NCBI GenBank assembly: GCA_965216755.1
Contig: CBDCGL010000011.1
Location: 2,336,001 to 2,400,000 of the forward strand
Origin: Alphaproteobacteria bacterium
GTDB taxonomy: Bacteria; Pseudomonadota; Alphaproteobacteria; UBA7887
Direction of reading: 5' to 3'
Length of the DNA: 64,000 nt
In this document: positions 63,515 through 64,000 of the stretch, one piece after another
Layout of the letters: each line of letters opens with the position of its first letter
Position numbering within the stretch: position 1 is the stretch's first letter
Made by a program: the position numbers and the translations under genes
Notes under the pieces: generated by a model
What the model saw: the letters and a program-made list of their open reading frames with translations, nothing else
The model's database searches: none
Told to the model about the DNA's origin: nothing

Positions 63515-64000
63515 ATGCCCAAAGTCCTGATATCCGACCAAATGAGCCCATTGGCCGCAGAATGCCTTAAGCGGCGCGGCGTCCAGGCGGATGTGAACAC
63601 GGGCCTATCGGCCGATGAACTGGTTGGCGTGGTCGCGGCCTATGACGGGCTGGCGATCCGCTCCGCCACCAAAGTCACACCGGCCGTGTTCGAAGCCGCC
63701 AACAATTTGCGCGTGGTGGGGCGGGCCGGCATTGGCGTCGATAATGTCGATCTGGCGGCGGCAACCGCCCACGGCGTCGTGGTGATGAATACGCCGTTCG
63801 GCAATTCGGTGACCACGGCCGAACATACGATTGCCATGATTTTGGCCTTGGCGCGGCGCATTCCCCAGGCCGACCGGTCGACCCACGCGGGACTGTGGGA
63901 AAAATCGAAATTCATGGGCGTCGAGGTGACCGGCAAGACATTGGGACTCATTGGTTGCGGCAATATCGGTTCGATCGTCGCCGACCGCGCGCATGGCCTG
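63515..64000 (+). CDS. serA: D-3-phosphoglycerate dehydrogenase, truncated by window end
   Basis: Manual translation: MPKVLISDQMS...AIRSATKVT...GRAGIGVDNVD...NTPFGNS.TTAEH...GCGNIG. Confidence 0.96.
   Translation, partial: MPKVLISDQMSPLAAECLKRRGVQADVNTGLSADELVGVVAAYDGLAIRSATKVTPAVFEAANNLRVVGRAGIGVDNVDLAAATAHGVVVMNTPFGNSVTTAEHTIAMILALARRIPQADRSTHAGLWEKSKFMGVEVTGKTLGLIGCGNIGSIVADRAHGL

Overview
GC-rich alphaproteobacterial chromosome segment; gene order and protein families look Rhodospirillales-like, which is an inference. Housekeeping blocks: xseB-ispA-tlyA, tkt-gap-(ech)-pgk-fba-thiE-efp-suhB, zauP/zapA-6S RNA-5-FCL-ymdB, yebC-ruvCAB-ybgC-tolQRAB-pal-cpoB-tilS-ftsH-folP-glmM-thiD and serC-serA with a serC leader RNA. 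Accessory blocks: a branched-chain-type ABC transporter whose binding-protein gene has two lesions, an RND pump, and a NicX-like dioxygenase/hydrolase/acyl-CoA dehydrogenase/CoA ligase/TRAP catabolic cluster. No phage genes, transposases or CRISPR arrays were seen. Most notable signals: (1) two 82-83 bp AT-rich intergenic elements with the same ~19 bp terminal inverted repeats but unrelated cores; (2) a c2-type cytochrome with Lys in place of the axial Met, next to a DauA-like flavoenzyme; (3) an intact SuhB that has lost catalytic acidic residues; (4) a 26 bp tandem repeat of the 3' end of 6S RNA; (5) dxs absent from xseB-ispA-tlyA; (6) an uncharacterised MotAB/ZorAB-like four-gene unit. All calls rest on motif recognition by eye; no database searches were run.
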